The notes beneath the pieces were generated by a model, which did not search any database, was not told the DNA's origin, and saw only the letters and a list, made by a program, of their open reading frames with translations. Of a stretch of DNA of 64,000 nt, positions 49,260 to 60,275 are shown in pieces. Source of the stretch: Narcine bancroftii (lineage: Eukaryota); NCBI RefSeq assembly GCF_036971445.1, contig NC_091480.1, positions 81,902,001-81,966,000 of the forward strand. The letters are read 5' to 3'. The stretch's first letter is position 1. Every line of letters starts with the position of its first letter. A program made the translations under genes and the position numbers.

Positions 49260-52200
49260 AAGAAAAGGTGACTGACTTTGAGTAGTTAAAGCTAGAGGTG
49301 CTGACTGCACTTCGTAAGGACATTGTAGAGATTATTAAAATGGAGATAAGAGCATACATGGGAAATCTGGAAGGCCTTATGTAAGGCCTACAGACTGTAA
49401 AATCTCAACTCACGGCTGTCCATAGACACCGGACTGAGAGAAACTTAAGATGCCGTTGGGGAGATAGAATGATCAACATCTGGGTGTACCGATGACATCT
49501 ACTCCATGCAAAAGAAAATTAAAACTACCACTGCCCATATGATGAAGCTAGAAAATAGATGTGAGGATTTGGAGGTGAGCTCCTGGAGAAATACATCCGA
49601 AGGAACCAACAGCTCAAGTACAAACGCAGTATCAGCTTTATTAAAAGAGGCATTTGGCCTGAATAAAGAGCCACCAGAGTACCGGACACACAGCACCCTA
49701 CAGCCAAAACCAGGGCCTCCCCGGGGGCCATAGTGGCCAGACTTCACTATTACAGTGATGGCATGGAAGTCCTACACCGTACCAGAGTCGCCGCAAGGTT
49801 ATAACTGAAGGGGATGACTATCTCAGTTTTCCCCAATCTTACTGTGAAAGTGGCCAAGCCTGGGTGGCATTCAACAACGTCCGACAGGAATTTCATACCC
49901 TAGAGGGGGTCTGATATGAGTTAATCTACCCAACCCAACTACAGATCACTTACAGTAACGAAATGAAGGACCCTCTTGGCTGAAGAAGCAAGAATATATG
50001 TCAAGACGTTGAAAACAACTGATTAATGTGCGAGAAGGCAGTGCCACTTTTTGGGCATCGTTGTCATAATCTGCAGTTAACAAACCTGTTAAGGTGGAAT
50101 TCCAGGATTTGTATAATACAATTATATAATAAATTTATACATGGGCTTATTGTGTTGAATGACGTAGAGCTGACCAAAGTGCTTTGCGATTGCCTGTAAA
50201 TCTAATTCAGAATTCGGTTGTTTCTTTTCTACTTAAGATCACTCTCCAAGTCCTTGACATTTAGGGGCAAGGACATTTGTACCACGTGAATATAAAGTGT
50301 TGTCCCATGGCTTAGAATTAATATGGGAACGAGTGTGAGTGTGTATGCTGTTTTGTTTGTGTAGGGGAGGGTGTGGTTTGGGGGGACCACCTTGGCTCTT
50401 AAAATCTAAATGTATAATCCAATGAATCCAAGCACTCCTGGTGGGGAGATGCCTGTCAGATTTCTCAGTTGGAATATCAGAAGAATGGAAAGCCCTATCA
50501 AAAAATCAAAGATTTTCTCCTATCTGAACCGGTTAAAGCCTGACATAGTATTTTTGCAGGAGACTCACGTTTGCATTAAAGACAACTTAAGTCTACGAGG
50601 TCCATGGGTAAGTCAGGTTTTTAATTCCAGTTTCAACTCTAAATCATGAGGGGTATAGCTATCTTAATAAATAAAACCATCCATGTGATAGCAGACAGAA
50701 ATGGTCGATATATCACAGTGGCAGGTAAATGTTTGCAGAAACAGGTGCTACTGCTCAATGTTTCTGCACCCAACTTCGCTGACGTCCCATTTGCTGACAC
50801 GCTATTAATAGGCTCCCCTCGTTAGATACCCACATGGGTAATTTTTTGGCAAGGGTTTAAATTGTGTTATGTATCTGGTACGAGACCAATCTAACCCCTG
50901 CAGCCCTTCCCAATCTACCACGGCCAGGTCTTTTTCCGACTTTATGTTACTTTATGACTTTAAGGTTGATTGACCCATGGAGATTTTTAAATCCCTCAAT
51001 TAAAACATTTTCTTTCTTTTCCAAAGTTCACAATTCATACTGTAGGTTAGATTATTTCTTTTTGGATGGCTCTCTCGATCCATGCATAGACTTCTCGGAT
51101 TATTCCAGTATTTTGATCTCCAATCACGCACCATCATTATTATTAGACCTTAACTACCCAATCATCCTGTTAACCCACTGCACTGAAGACTTATTTCTCT
51201 TCTTCTGGCAGATGAAAAATTTTGGAAACATATATCAGACCCTATCAGTGATTTCCTCTCTCATAATCAAAATGAGTCACTTCCTATTCCCTACTCTGGG
51301 AGTCATTTGTGTTATTTTAGGGGTCAACTAATTTATACTCAACCTCATTAAATAAAGAAATGCACTGCCAGGATCAGCTATTAGTGAAATGGGTCAACTT
51401 TACACAGTTTGTCCATCCCCAGAATTATACAAGCAGTGACTTGATTTACAAGTGGAATTTGATCTTATCTCAACTACATAGAAAGAGAGCAGCTATTATG
51501 AACACAGGGAAAAGGCAAACTGCCTATTGGCCCACCGACTGAAACGTCAGGCGGCATCGAGGTTGATACCCCAAATTAGAGACTCCTCCGAAAACATAAC
51601 ATCTGATCCTACAGAAATTAATGCTGCCTTTAAATCTTTCTGCTCATCACTCTACAAATCCAAATACACTTCGGATAACACCAAAAAGAACCAGTTTCTT
51701 AACAATCTTACAACTCATGTCATTGACCCCAACCCTGGTTAAGGAACTGGATGCCTCACTCACTTTGGATGCAATTACACTATCGATTAAAGCATGCGAT
51801 TACACTATCGATTAAATCCAATGGAGTTTTATAAAAAGTTTAACGATAAATTAGCTCCATTATTATTGTCAGTGTTTAAAGAAGCTCTGGAGCGAGGAGT
51901 TTTACCAACTACTCCCCAAGCATCCATAATTTTCCTTCTGAAGAAGGACAAGCATCTCACATCATGTGGCTCCTATAGCTCGTTATCTCTGCTTAATGTT
52001 GATGTCAAAGTATTAGCGACTGGAAGGACTATAACCAAGTATCAGATCCAAGAGCAGAACTGTTTCATAAAACGATGTCACTCTTCATTTAACATCTGTA
52101 CTCTCTTCAACTTTATTTACTCTAAGCACTTGACAAAGTGTCTGGAAGTTGTAATTTCATTAGCTGTTGAAAAAGTTTTTGATAGGATAGACTGGAAGTA

Positions 52201-54190
52201 TTTTTTGCAGTATTAAATAAATTTGTATTTGGTAACAAGTTTATCTCCTGGATTTGCCTTCAACGCAACACTCACTCTGATTATTTAGCGTAGCTGACAA
52301 GGGTGTCCCCTATCTCCTCGTATTTTTGCAATTGCATTCAATTCATTATCAATTATGCTACAGTCTTCCCATACCTTTAAAGGCATTTATGGCAAAATGA
52401 ACTGGGAAATTAGTTTCATTATGATTTGCTGCTGTTTGTAACAGACCTGCAGAGAAGCGCTCCCTCTGTTCTATTCATTCTGGAGGAGTTGAGTTCTTCA
52501 GATTATGAATTAAAGCTTCAAATGAGTGAGTGTTACCTCGTCAATGGAGCAGCTCTGCAACTTAATCAGATTATCAGGCCTTCCTTTTCGGTTTAGTCAG
52601 ACAGGTGTCAAGTACCTAGGTGTAAACATCACATGACCATTCTCCAATCTCCCAATAAAAAATTTTACTTATTGACTAGTAGAAATCAGCTTTTCAGAGA
52701 TGGAGTAATTTGCCCATTTCACTAATGGGCAGAATAAATGTAGTCAAAATTAATATATCACCAAGATTTCTTTACTTGTTTAAAACTATTCCTTTATTTC
52801 TTCCAAAATATTTTTTCACCTCTCTGGATAAAATAATTTTCTAATTTATTTGGATCTGGAAATCTCCAAGGGTTCGAAAAGCATTATTGCAAAACTAAGG
52901 TTAGTGAAGGGCCCGCTCTTCCCAATTTCCGATTCTACTACTGGGCAGCACATTTACATCCGCTAAATTACTGGGTGCATCCCCTGAATTCTCCTGGTGT
53001 AAACTGGAAGAGTCTTTTTGTAAATTGTCGTCTTTAGCCACCATATCTTCTTCATTGCCCACTAAACCCTCTAACCACATTTGACAACCCAGTGCTGCTC
53101 AATACAGTAAAAATTTGGTACTTTAAGTGGGCAGTGGCATCTGTTCAGGGTCCCTTAAATAACAATGAAGTATTTTCACTTTCAGTCACTGATCCCTTTT
53201 TTTAATACATGGCCAACTAAAGGCATCAAATGTCTTCAAGATCTTTATGTATTTAGCAGCTTCATCTTTCTGTCACACACATACAGCTCACCTGCATCAC
53301 ACTTTTTTCGCTGCTTTCAGATTCGTCATTTTATTTCGAAGTCTTCTCCCAAACTTCCCTCAGTTACCTGCCAAGCAACCCTGGGAAGGTCTAGCATCGG
53401 CTAATCCAGAAGTGAGAGGGACAGTTTCAGAAACGTATAGCTCTATTCTGTCACTTAAAAGTCATTCACTTTCCAAAATAAAGGCAGAACGGGAGCAAGA
53501 ATTGGAAATGGAAATTGAGGAGACACCGTGTGAGGCTATTGAGAGAATTCGTTCTACCACTTCCTGCGCTCGCCTGGGACGTATTCAGTTCAAGGTGTTG
53601 CACAGGGTTCACGTTTCTAAATCCAGATATCCTGAAATAGAGGACAAATGCAATGGGTGTAATGACTCCCCTTTCCACTCCAGTCACATGTTTTATCAGT
53701 GCCCAAAATACAAGGGTTCTGGAGTGGAATTTTTAGCACACTATCCAAAATATTTAAAATCAAGTTGCAACCCTGTCGGTTGACTGGAATATTTGGAATC
53801 TCCAACAACTCCCTAAATTCCCTGCAGAAAGACGCGATAGCATTTACATCCCTATTAGCCAAGCGCCTAATCATGCTACACTGGAAGTCTGACGGGGGTC
53901 CTTCTACTACACAATGGATTAAGGATATCTTTATTAAACTGGAGAAAATCAAATACACATTAAGAAGGGCCACAGGGAAAATGTGCCTATAAATGGAAAC
54001 CCTTTATGCATTATTTCTCTGAATTGAATGTTGTCGGAGTAAAAGACGAACTGTGGGATGGTTGTACCGGTATAATCGATTATACACCAATAATACTGAT
54101 AGCAAAGACTCCAAAGTGGTCAGGGAGTGGGGAGTCCGGGCTTGTATCAGAGTATATGTGGACATTTGTGTGTCGGTTTTTCTATTAAAA
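49260..54190 (+). mobile_element. Old, near full-length L1-clade LINE of a different family
   Basis: ORF1 remnants at 49500-50020. ORF2 remnants RFLSWNIR...DIVFLQETH, RLDYFF, EFYKKF, and IQFKVLHRVH...CNGC...HMFYQC. Many stops and frameshifts. Ends approximate. Confidence 0.8.
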
Positions 54191-54654
54191 AAACAGGAGC
54201 ACAGTGTACATCTGTATAATGTGGACCAAGTAGTTTTTGATGCTCGATAAATATATTTTGGGGAAAAAATAGATAGATGGAAATGTAACATTAATGATGT
54301 AACATTAATGATGTACTTCAACTTTTATTCACCATAAGGGTGCAGTGATGGAGTGGAGGAGAAATGAGGACAACATACTCCACCATCACTCCTCCATCGA
54401 AGAGGAATGGGACCAGAGATCCTGTCCTTGAAATGGTAGGGGGCAGGGGTCACTGAACTCCATCTCTCACACCTAGGAGGACTAGATAAGTAGTCTGCAT
54501 GGTGGGTGTAGCAGTTAGTGTAATGACTTTACAGTGCCAGCAATCAGGACCGAACTGGGGTCCAAATCCTGCGCTCTGTTGGGAGTTTATATGTTCTCCC
54601 TATGTCTATGTGGGTTTTCTCCAGGGGCCAAAATGGCCTGTTACCGTGCTGTAA

Positions 54655-55440
54655 AACTAAGAGCAGGAGTCAGCCAACAGGCCCATTGAGTCTGCTCCAC
54701 CAATCAATCAGATCATGGCTGATCTGATGATCGGCTCATCTCCACCTATCTGCCTTTTCTCCAAATCCCTTAATTTCCCTTCTGTGTAAAAATCTATCCA
54801 ACCTTAAATATATTTACTGAGGCTGCCTCCACTGTTCCAAGGGGCAGAGAATTCCACAGATTTACCATCCTCTGGGAAAACCAGTTCCTCCTCATCTCTG
54901 ACCTAAATCTATTACCCTGGATCTTGAGGCTATATCCCCTAGTTCTGGTCTCCCTCACCGATGCCTACCTCTATCTAATCCTTGCCTTTCATAATTATAT
55001 ATGTTTCTTTAAGATCCCCTCTTATTCTCCTAAATTCCAGCCAGTTCAGTCCCAGGTGATTCAATCACTCCTCATAGGCCAACCCCCTCATCTCTGGGAT
55101 CAACCTGGTGAATTTCCTCTGCACCACCTCCAAAGCCAGTCTATCCTTCCTCCAGTGCGGAGACCAGAACTACATGCAGTGCTCCAGCTGCGGCCTCACC
55201 AGGACCTCCCTGCTCCTAAATTCCATCACTTTCACCTGCAAACCAACCTTTGGCAGTCCCAACACCTTCTCCACAGCAGCATGCCATTTAAATAATACTC
55301 TCATCTTCCAGTTTCCCTTCCAAATGGGAAAACCTCACATTTACCAACATTGTACTCCATCTGCCAGACCCTTGCCCACTCAGTTTATCTCTCTGCAGAC
55401 TCTCAATATCCTCCGCACACTGTGCTTTTCCATCTGTCAT
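54655..55440 (-). mobile_element. CR1-type LINE 3' fragment
   Basis: Reverse-complement similarity to the CR1 3' part at ~25300-25890. Confidence 0.7.
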
Positions 55441-57287
55441 TTGCAATGGCAGGAGGGGTGGGGTTCACAGAGCTCCATCTCACACGCCAGGGTCCTCTCT
55501 TCGAGGGAACAGCAGTGCTTACCATTCCCTCACCTCCCACGCCTTCAGCCAGTCGTCGACCCTCTCTGCACTGCAGCAAGCAAACGAGTTGGCCACACCT
55601 CTGCTGAAGGCACGGTGCCTGCCGGAATGACGGAGGTGAGTGAGTGCGCTCATGGGTGCCCAGACAACGCTGGAAGGTCTCCACTCTCTGCCAATGCCCA
55701 TACCCCCTTCTCCTGCAGGTTCCAGACCGGGAGAATCGCGGTCAGAGAGTGGTAGGGTAAAATATGGGGGGGGGGGGGGCGTGGCTCGGCCCGAGACGAC
55801 GGTCTGGGAGGGTAGCAGCGTCCACAGCGCTGCCCCGACCCTGCTCGCCCCAAAGGAGTGAATTCCTTGGAGCAAGCGGCATGAGTGTTCTGGTCCCGTC
55901 CCAAGCGGTCTCCGATTCCATCCCCGGCCTCGCTAACTGGCTCCAAGGTCAGGACAAGGACTCCCACCCCCCGTCAGAGATATTGTCATGGAAAGGCTGG
56001 GGGAACCGAGGCAGGCGCCGGGGTGAAGCATCGGCCAGAACAGGGAAGGGCCAGAGTGGGAACGATAACTGGTTGTGAACCAAACGTTCAAGGTGGCGAG
56101 ACCGTTTATTCGTATTCCCGACATAGAAAGGCTATTCAGCCCATTGAATCCGTGCTGGCGTTCGGGCCGTAACCATGTCCCACTCACCTTCTATACCTCA
56201 GCCGTTATTCTCGTCATTCTGGAGCCAAATCTCAGCGGCAGAACAGCAGAGGAGAGCGTGCAAACTCCACACAGGCAGCACTCGTTCAAATTCGTAGGCG
56301 TTCGCTGACTTGCTACAGACAGAGGGTCAGTGATGGTCGCCGCCAGCGCCCTCCGAACACAGCTCCTCGCTCGGGGGAATTGGGGGCGAGAGACAGGAAG
56401 GGTGGGTGACGGATTATACACAAATGTTGTCTGCCGGCGGAATGGTGAGGAGTTTGCGGCGCAGCGGTGATTCCACTGTAGATGCTCGGGCCGAAGGCGA
56501 TTGACCGAGGAACCAGGGACACGGGCCGTTTCTTGGACAGGAGGCGCGAGTTGTGCTGCCCGGCCGCGGTTCCTGGAAGGGGGAGGAGGTTAGATCTGGG
56601 CCGAAGGTAGCACGAGAGAGCCGGCGGTGGGAATGCAACTGGCAGAGCGAATGACCACCATCATATTCTCGCTTGCCTTTCCCACCAGTAATACAAACAT
56701 TACCAACACAGTATAGGCCTTCGATGTGCCGACTTCTATATAAAACGAAACCCTCTCTTTTTCATCCATTTCCCTATATGAGGGTCTCTTAAACGCCCCA
56801 ATGTCCCAGCCTGCACCATCACCACCACCCCATTAAGGCATTCGATGCACCCACAAAACTCTGTTTAAAAACAACCTTGCCCAAAATTTCCTTCACTTTG
56901 CATTTTTGCACTTTATTGATTCTTTCCCTCTCTGTATTGCACAGTTTCTATTCCTTTATTTGTTTACATGTTCACGCCGTGTACAGATTGGTTTTTTTGC
57001 ACGACCAATAAGGGGTAATTCTGTCGGGCCCCCAGGAACAAGAATCTCAGGGTTATATGTGATGTGTGTGTATCGGAAATGTCCCCTGATGTTTTCTGCT
57101 CCTGGCCTGGGGGGCGGGGAGGGGGAAAGGTGCTGGTTGTCTGCCTTATCTGTGTCTCGTCATCACGTCGACAAAGACGTGAAACATTGACGGCTTCGCC
57201 CTCGTTCGCTGCTGCCCGACCCACTGTGTGTTCCCAGCGTTTTCTGCGAATATTCACGGGACAAGGTACCATCCAAATTCACTAAAA

Positions 57288-57293
57288 TTTATT
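57288..57293 (-). terminator. Candidate TCAP polyadenylation signal AATAAA
   Basis: Canonical hexamer on the minus strand ~220 nt after the stop codon. Confidence 0.65.
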
Positions 57294-57512
57294 AGAAATG
57301 AAACACGTGCGCACAACTGATTACAAAAATAAATCATGGATAATCTACTTAAATAAACTCAAATTCACATTGCCCCTTACATCCCAAAGCCAGTTAGATA
57401 CACCTGCAGTTTCTTCCCACAAATCCGCCTCCACCGCCAACCAACATCCCGCCGCTCTTTCGACCACAAACCCAGTCCTTGCAAACGTTCTCCTGGGGCA
57501 CGTCCCGGCCGC

Positions 57513-57873
57513 TCAGCCCCTCTGAGCCTCCTGGGACATGGATCTGGACAGGGACCTCTCCGGCTTCTTTCCGCCCATGTTGAGCGGCTGCATGAGGGGT
57601 GGCAGGTCCTTGGTGATGGCCGAGATGTCTCTCTTGTCGGGGCACACTCCGGCCGGACTCGGCGCCCGCTCCAGCTCGGGCTCGGACCGCTCCGCCGCAT
57701 CCCTGACCTTCCTGGGGCTAAAGATGGCGAGGGGCAAGTGGTATTCGTTCAGCTCCCGCCCGAGGAGACCCATCCTCATCCGCTGGTCCGGGCCTCGCTG
57801 CACCAGGAAGCTGATCCTCTGCCTCCTGTTGTAGCTCTCCCGCCGAGAGTCATTCACCTCGCTCAGCGCGCAC
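57513..57873 (-). CDS. TCAP: TCAP (telethonin, titin-cap) coding exon 2
   Basis: TCTCCTTGCCCCAG acceptor. Encodes CALSEVNDSRRESY...LVQRGPDQRMRMGLLGRELNEYHLP...ITKDLPP...RSLSRSMSQEAQRG-TGA. The C-terminus is the telethonin signature. Confidence 0.96.
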
Positions 57874-58184
57874 CTGGGGCAAGGAGAGGAGATCAGCGCC
57901 GGGGCGACAGTTCACCTACCGGACGTGAAATGTTTCCCTCCCTCTCCATCTACTGTGCTCCTCTTCCTGTCCGCTCCGCTTTTTCCCCCCTCTTTCTCCA
58001 TTTTCCTTCTCCCACTCTCCATCCACTCCCCTTTCTCTCCTCCCCATCACCCTCTCCTTTTCATTTCTCCCTCCTTCCCTCTCTCCAACTTTCTCCCTCC
58101 CGTGTCTCTCTTTTCCTTTCCTTTCTTTCTGTCTCCTAATTCTATCTCCTTCCCTCTCTCCCGCTCTCCTCTCCCCCTCCCCAT

Positions 58185-58535
58185 NNNNNNNNNNNNNNNN
58201 NNNNNNNNNNNNNNNNNNNNNNNNNNNNNNNNNNNNNNNNNNNNNNNNNNNNNNNNNNNNNNNNNNNNNNNNNNNNNNNNNNNNNNNNNNNNNNNNNNNN
58301 NNNNNNNNNNNNNNNNNNNNNNNNNNNNNNNNNNNNNNNNNNNNNNNNNNNNNNNNNNNNNNNNNNNNNNNNNNNNNNNNNNNNNNNNNNNNNNNNNNNN
58401 NNNNNNNNNNNNNNNNNNNNNNNNNNNNNNNNNNNNNNNNNNNNNNNNNNNNNNNNNNNNNNNNNNNNNNNNNNNNNNNNNNNNNNNNNNNNNNNNNNNN
58501 NNNNNNNNNNNNNNNNNNNNNNNNNNNNNNNNNNN
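58185..58535. other. Assembly gap (351 N) inside the purine/pyrimidine-rich TCAP intron
   Basis: Run of N. Confidence 1.
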
Positions 58536-58570
58536 CTGTCTTTCCCCTCACTGTTTTGGGGTGAACTCAC

Positions 58571-58689
58571 CGATCTTGCTGCTGTGTCCTCAGGATCAAG
58601 TCCTCCCACTCTGCCGAGTAAAACTCTCTCCTCCGCACGTCCTCCTCGCTTACGGAGGCGGAGAGGGTGGCTTCAGGTGACAGTTTCAT
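58571..58689 (-). CDS. TCAP: TCAP coding exon 1
   Basis: ATG at 58689. Encodes MKLSPEATLSASVSEEDVRRREFYSAEWEDLILRTQQQD(R), matching the telethonin SEE..RRE...AEW.DL motif. Donor CG|GTGAGT, phase 2, fits exon 2. Total 159 aa. Confidence 0.93.
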
Positions 58690-58760
58690 CCTTCGTGTGC
58701 GGTACTGCCGTGCGCTCGGGGTCGGTGACCGTGTGTCTGAGCGCCGGCGGTGGCGGCTCC

Positions 58761-58810
58761 TTTATGTAGCGCCGCAGCCTCTATTTTCGGCCTGTGTTAT
58801 CACCGATAAA
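58761..58810 (-). promoter_or_regulatory. Candidate TCAP core promoter
   Basis: TATA-like CATAAAG on the minus strand at ~58761-58766, with GATA motifs and an imperfect MEF2-like CTATTTTCGG just upstream. Confidence 0.4.
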
Positions 58811-59829
58811 ACCCACTGACAACTCCCATTGGAATTGGTGACGAATCCGACACATTCCGGCCGTCAGCGGCGGATCCTTGGCACCGGCTGGGCACAGATA
58901 GGGGTGCCACGAGAGCACCGAGGGAGCGCCGCGTCGGCAGAGGGAACGCCTGACCGCAGAGGGGCAGGGCCGCTGGAACGCCGAGCCAGGGGAGGGGCGA
59001 CACTCGGGGAGCGCCTCTGAGGAAGCGCTGGGCTGGGGGAGAGGCGACACTGGGGGAGCGTCTGGCTGAGGGAGCGCCGCGCTGGCAGAGGGGCAGAGCC
59101 GCTGGGACGCCGAGTCAGAGGAGGGGTGACACAGGGGGGAGTGCCTGGCTGAGGGAGCAACGAGGTAGCAGAGGGCGCGCCGACAGGGAAGCAGTGCCAA
59201 GGTGCAGGAGCTCTGGGGAGCATCGCCCTGTTGGAGGGGCAGCGCGAGGGAGCGCCGCATTGGGGTAGGGGACCTCTGTGGGAACGGCATCGTCGAAGGT
59301 AAGCAATACTGAGGGAGCGTCGCATTGCTGGGAGGGCAGCGGTGAGAGAGCGTCGCGCATTAGCAGGGCTATGTTATTGGAAGGTGTGGCAACTTGGGGT
59401 TATGGCACAGAACACAGGGCTGGATTGAAGAGTGGAACTAGGGGGGTCAGACTTTAATGACCCGCAGGAAGGGGCAGGTGTGATTTGTCCTGGCTGCTGA
59501 TGGCATAACAATAACCACATCAAGAATAGAAGTCCATTCAGCCCATCGAGCCTGCTCGCCCTTCAGTGAGATCAGGGCTTCTTTGTTCCCTATAACCCTC
59601 AATTTCCTGATTTTTCGAAAATCTTATGTACATTCAATGTGACAGCCTCCTCTACTTCCTTGACGAGTCACCACTCTCTGGGAGCAGCAGTTCCTCCTCA
59701 TCTCCATCCTAAAACTACTCAGTAAATATTGAGGCTACATCTCCTAGTTCTAGTCTCACCTACTTTCCTGCCTTGATTTGATCTACTTCCATCATTTTAC
59801 GTTTCACTAAAATCCCCCCATTATCCAGG

Positions 59830-60008
59830 GGGCATGGTTGGCGTAGCGGTTAAAGCAACGCAGTTACAGCACTGGTGATCAGGGTTCAAATTCCACGCTG
59901 TCTGTAAGGAGTTTGCACATTCTCTGCGTGTCTGCGTGGTTTTCCTCTGGGAGATCTGGTTTCCAACCACCCTTCAAAGCGTACCGGGGTTGTAGGTTAA
60001 TTGGGTAT
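59830..60008 (+). mobile_element. tRNA-derived V-type SINE truncated by the LTR insertion
   Basis: A-box TGGCGTAGCGG, B-box GGTTCAAATTCC and V-domain-like core. It stops at the LTR start. Confidence 0.8.
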
Positions 60009-60213
60009 TGTCATGATAATGAATATGCATGAGATGTATGTAGATAGAGGTTGAGCTATTAACCTGACCGGAGGTCAGAAGGCATGCGCGTGATGTATGC
60101 AGGCACGGAATGGAGGAATAATGGAAGCAGAGAAATAAATACACGCCGATGTTCAACGGGTAAATCATGTGTTGATGTGCTATCAATTTCACATTCGGGT
60201 CACAAATGTGACA
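60009..60213 (+). mobile_element. 5' LTR of a Ty3/Gypsy element
   Basis: TGTCA...TGACA termini, internal AATAAA (60134-60139), followed by PBS-like TGGCGATGACGAG. The second LTR lies outside the window. Confidence 0.8.
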
Positions 60214-60275
60214 TTGGCGATGACGAGAAACATTTTGGATTTTGAATCCGTGGCTTTGAGCTGTAATGTTTCATC

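Noticed and set aside
57916-58680. ORFs spanning the N run
   Set aside because: Artefacts of translating through an assembly gap within the TCAP intron.
58860-59360. GC-rich overlapping ORFs upstream of TCAP
   Set aside because: Degenerate GGGAGCGCCGC-type short repeats with no recognisable domain or splice pattern.
59830-59905. tRNA gene
   Set aside because: The A and B boxes belong to a SINE head that runs into a multi-copy SINE body, and no convincing cloverleaf is present.
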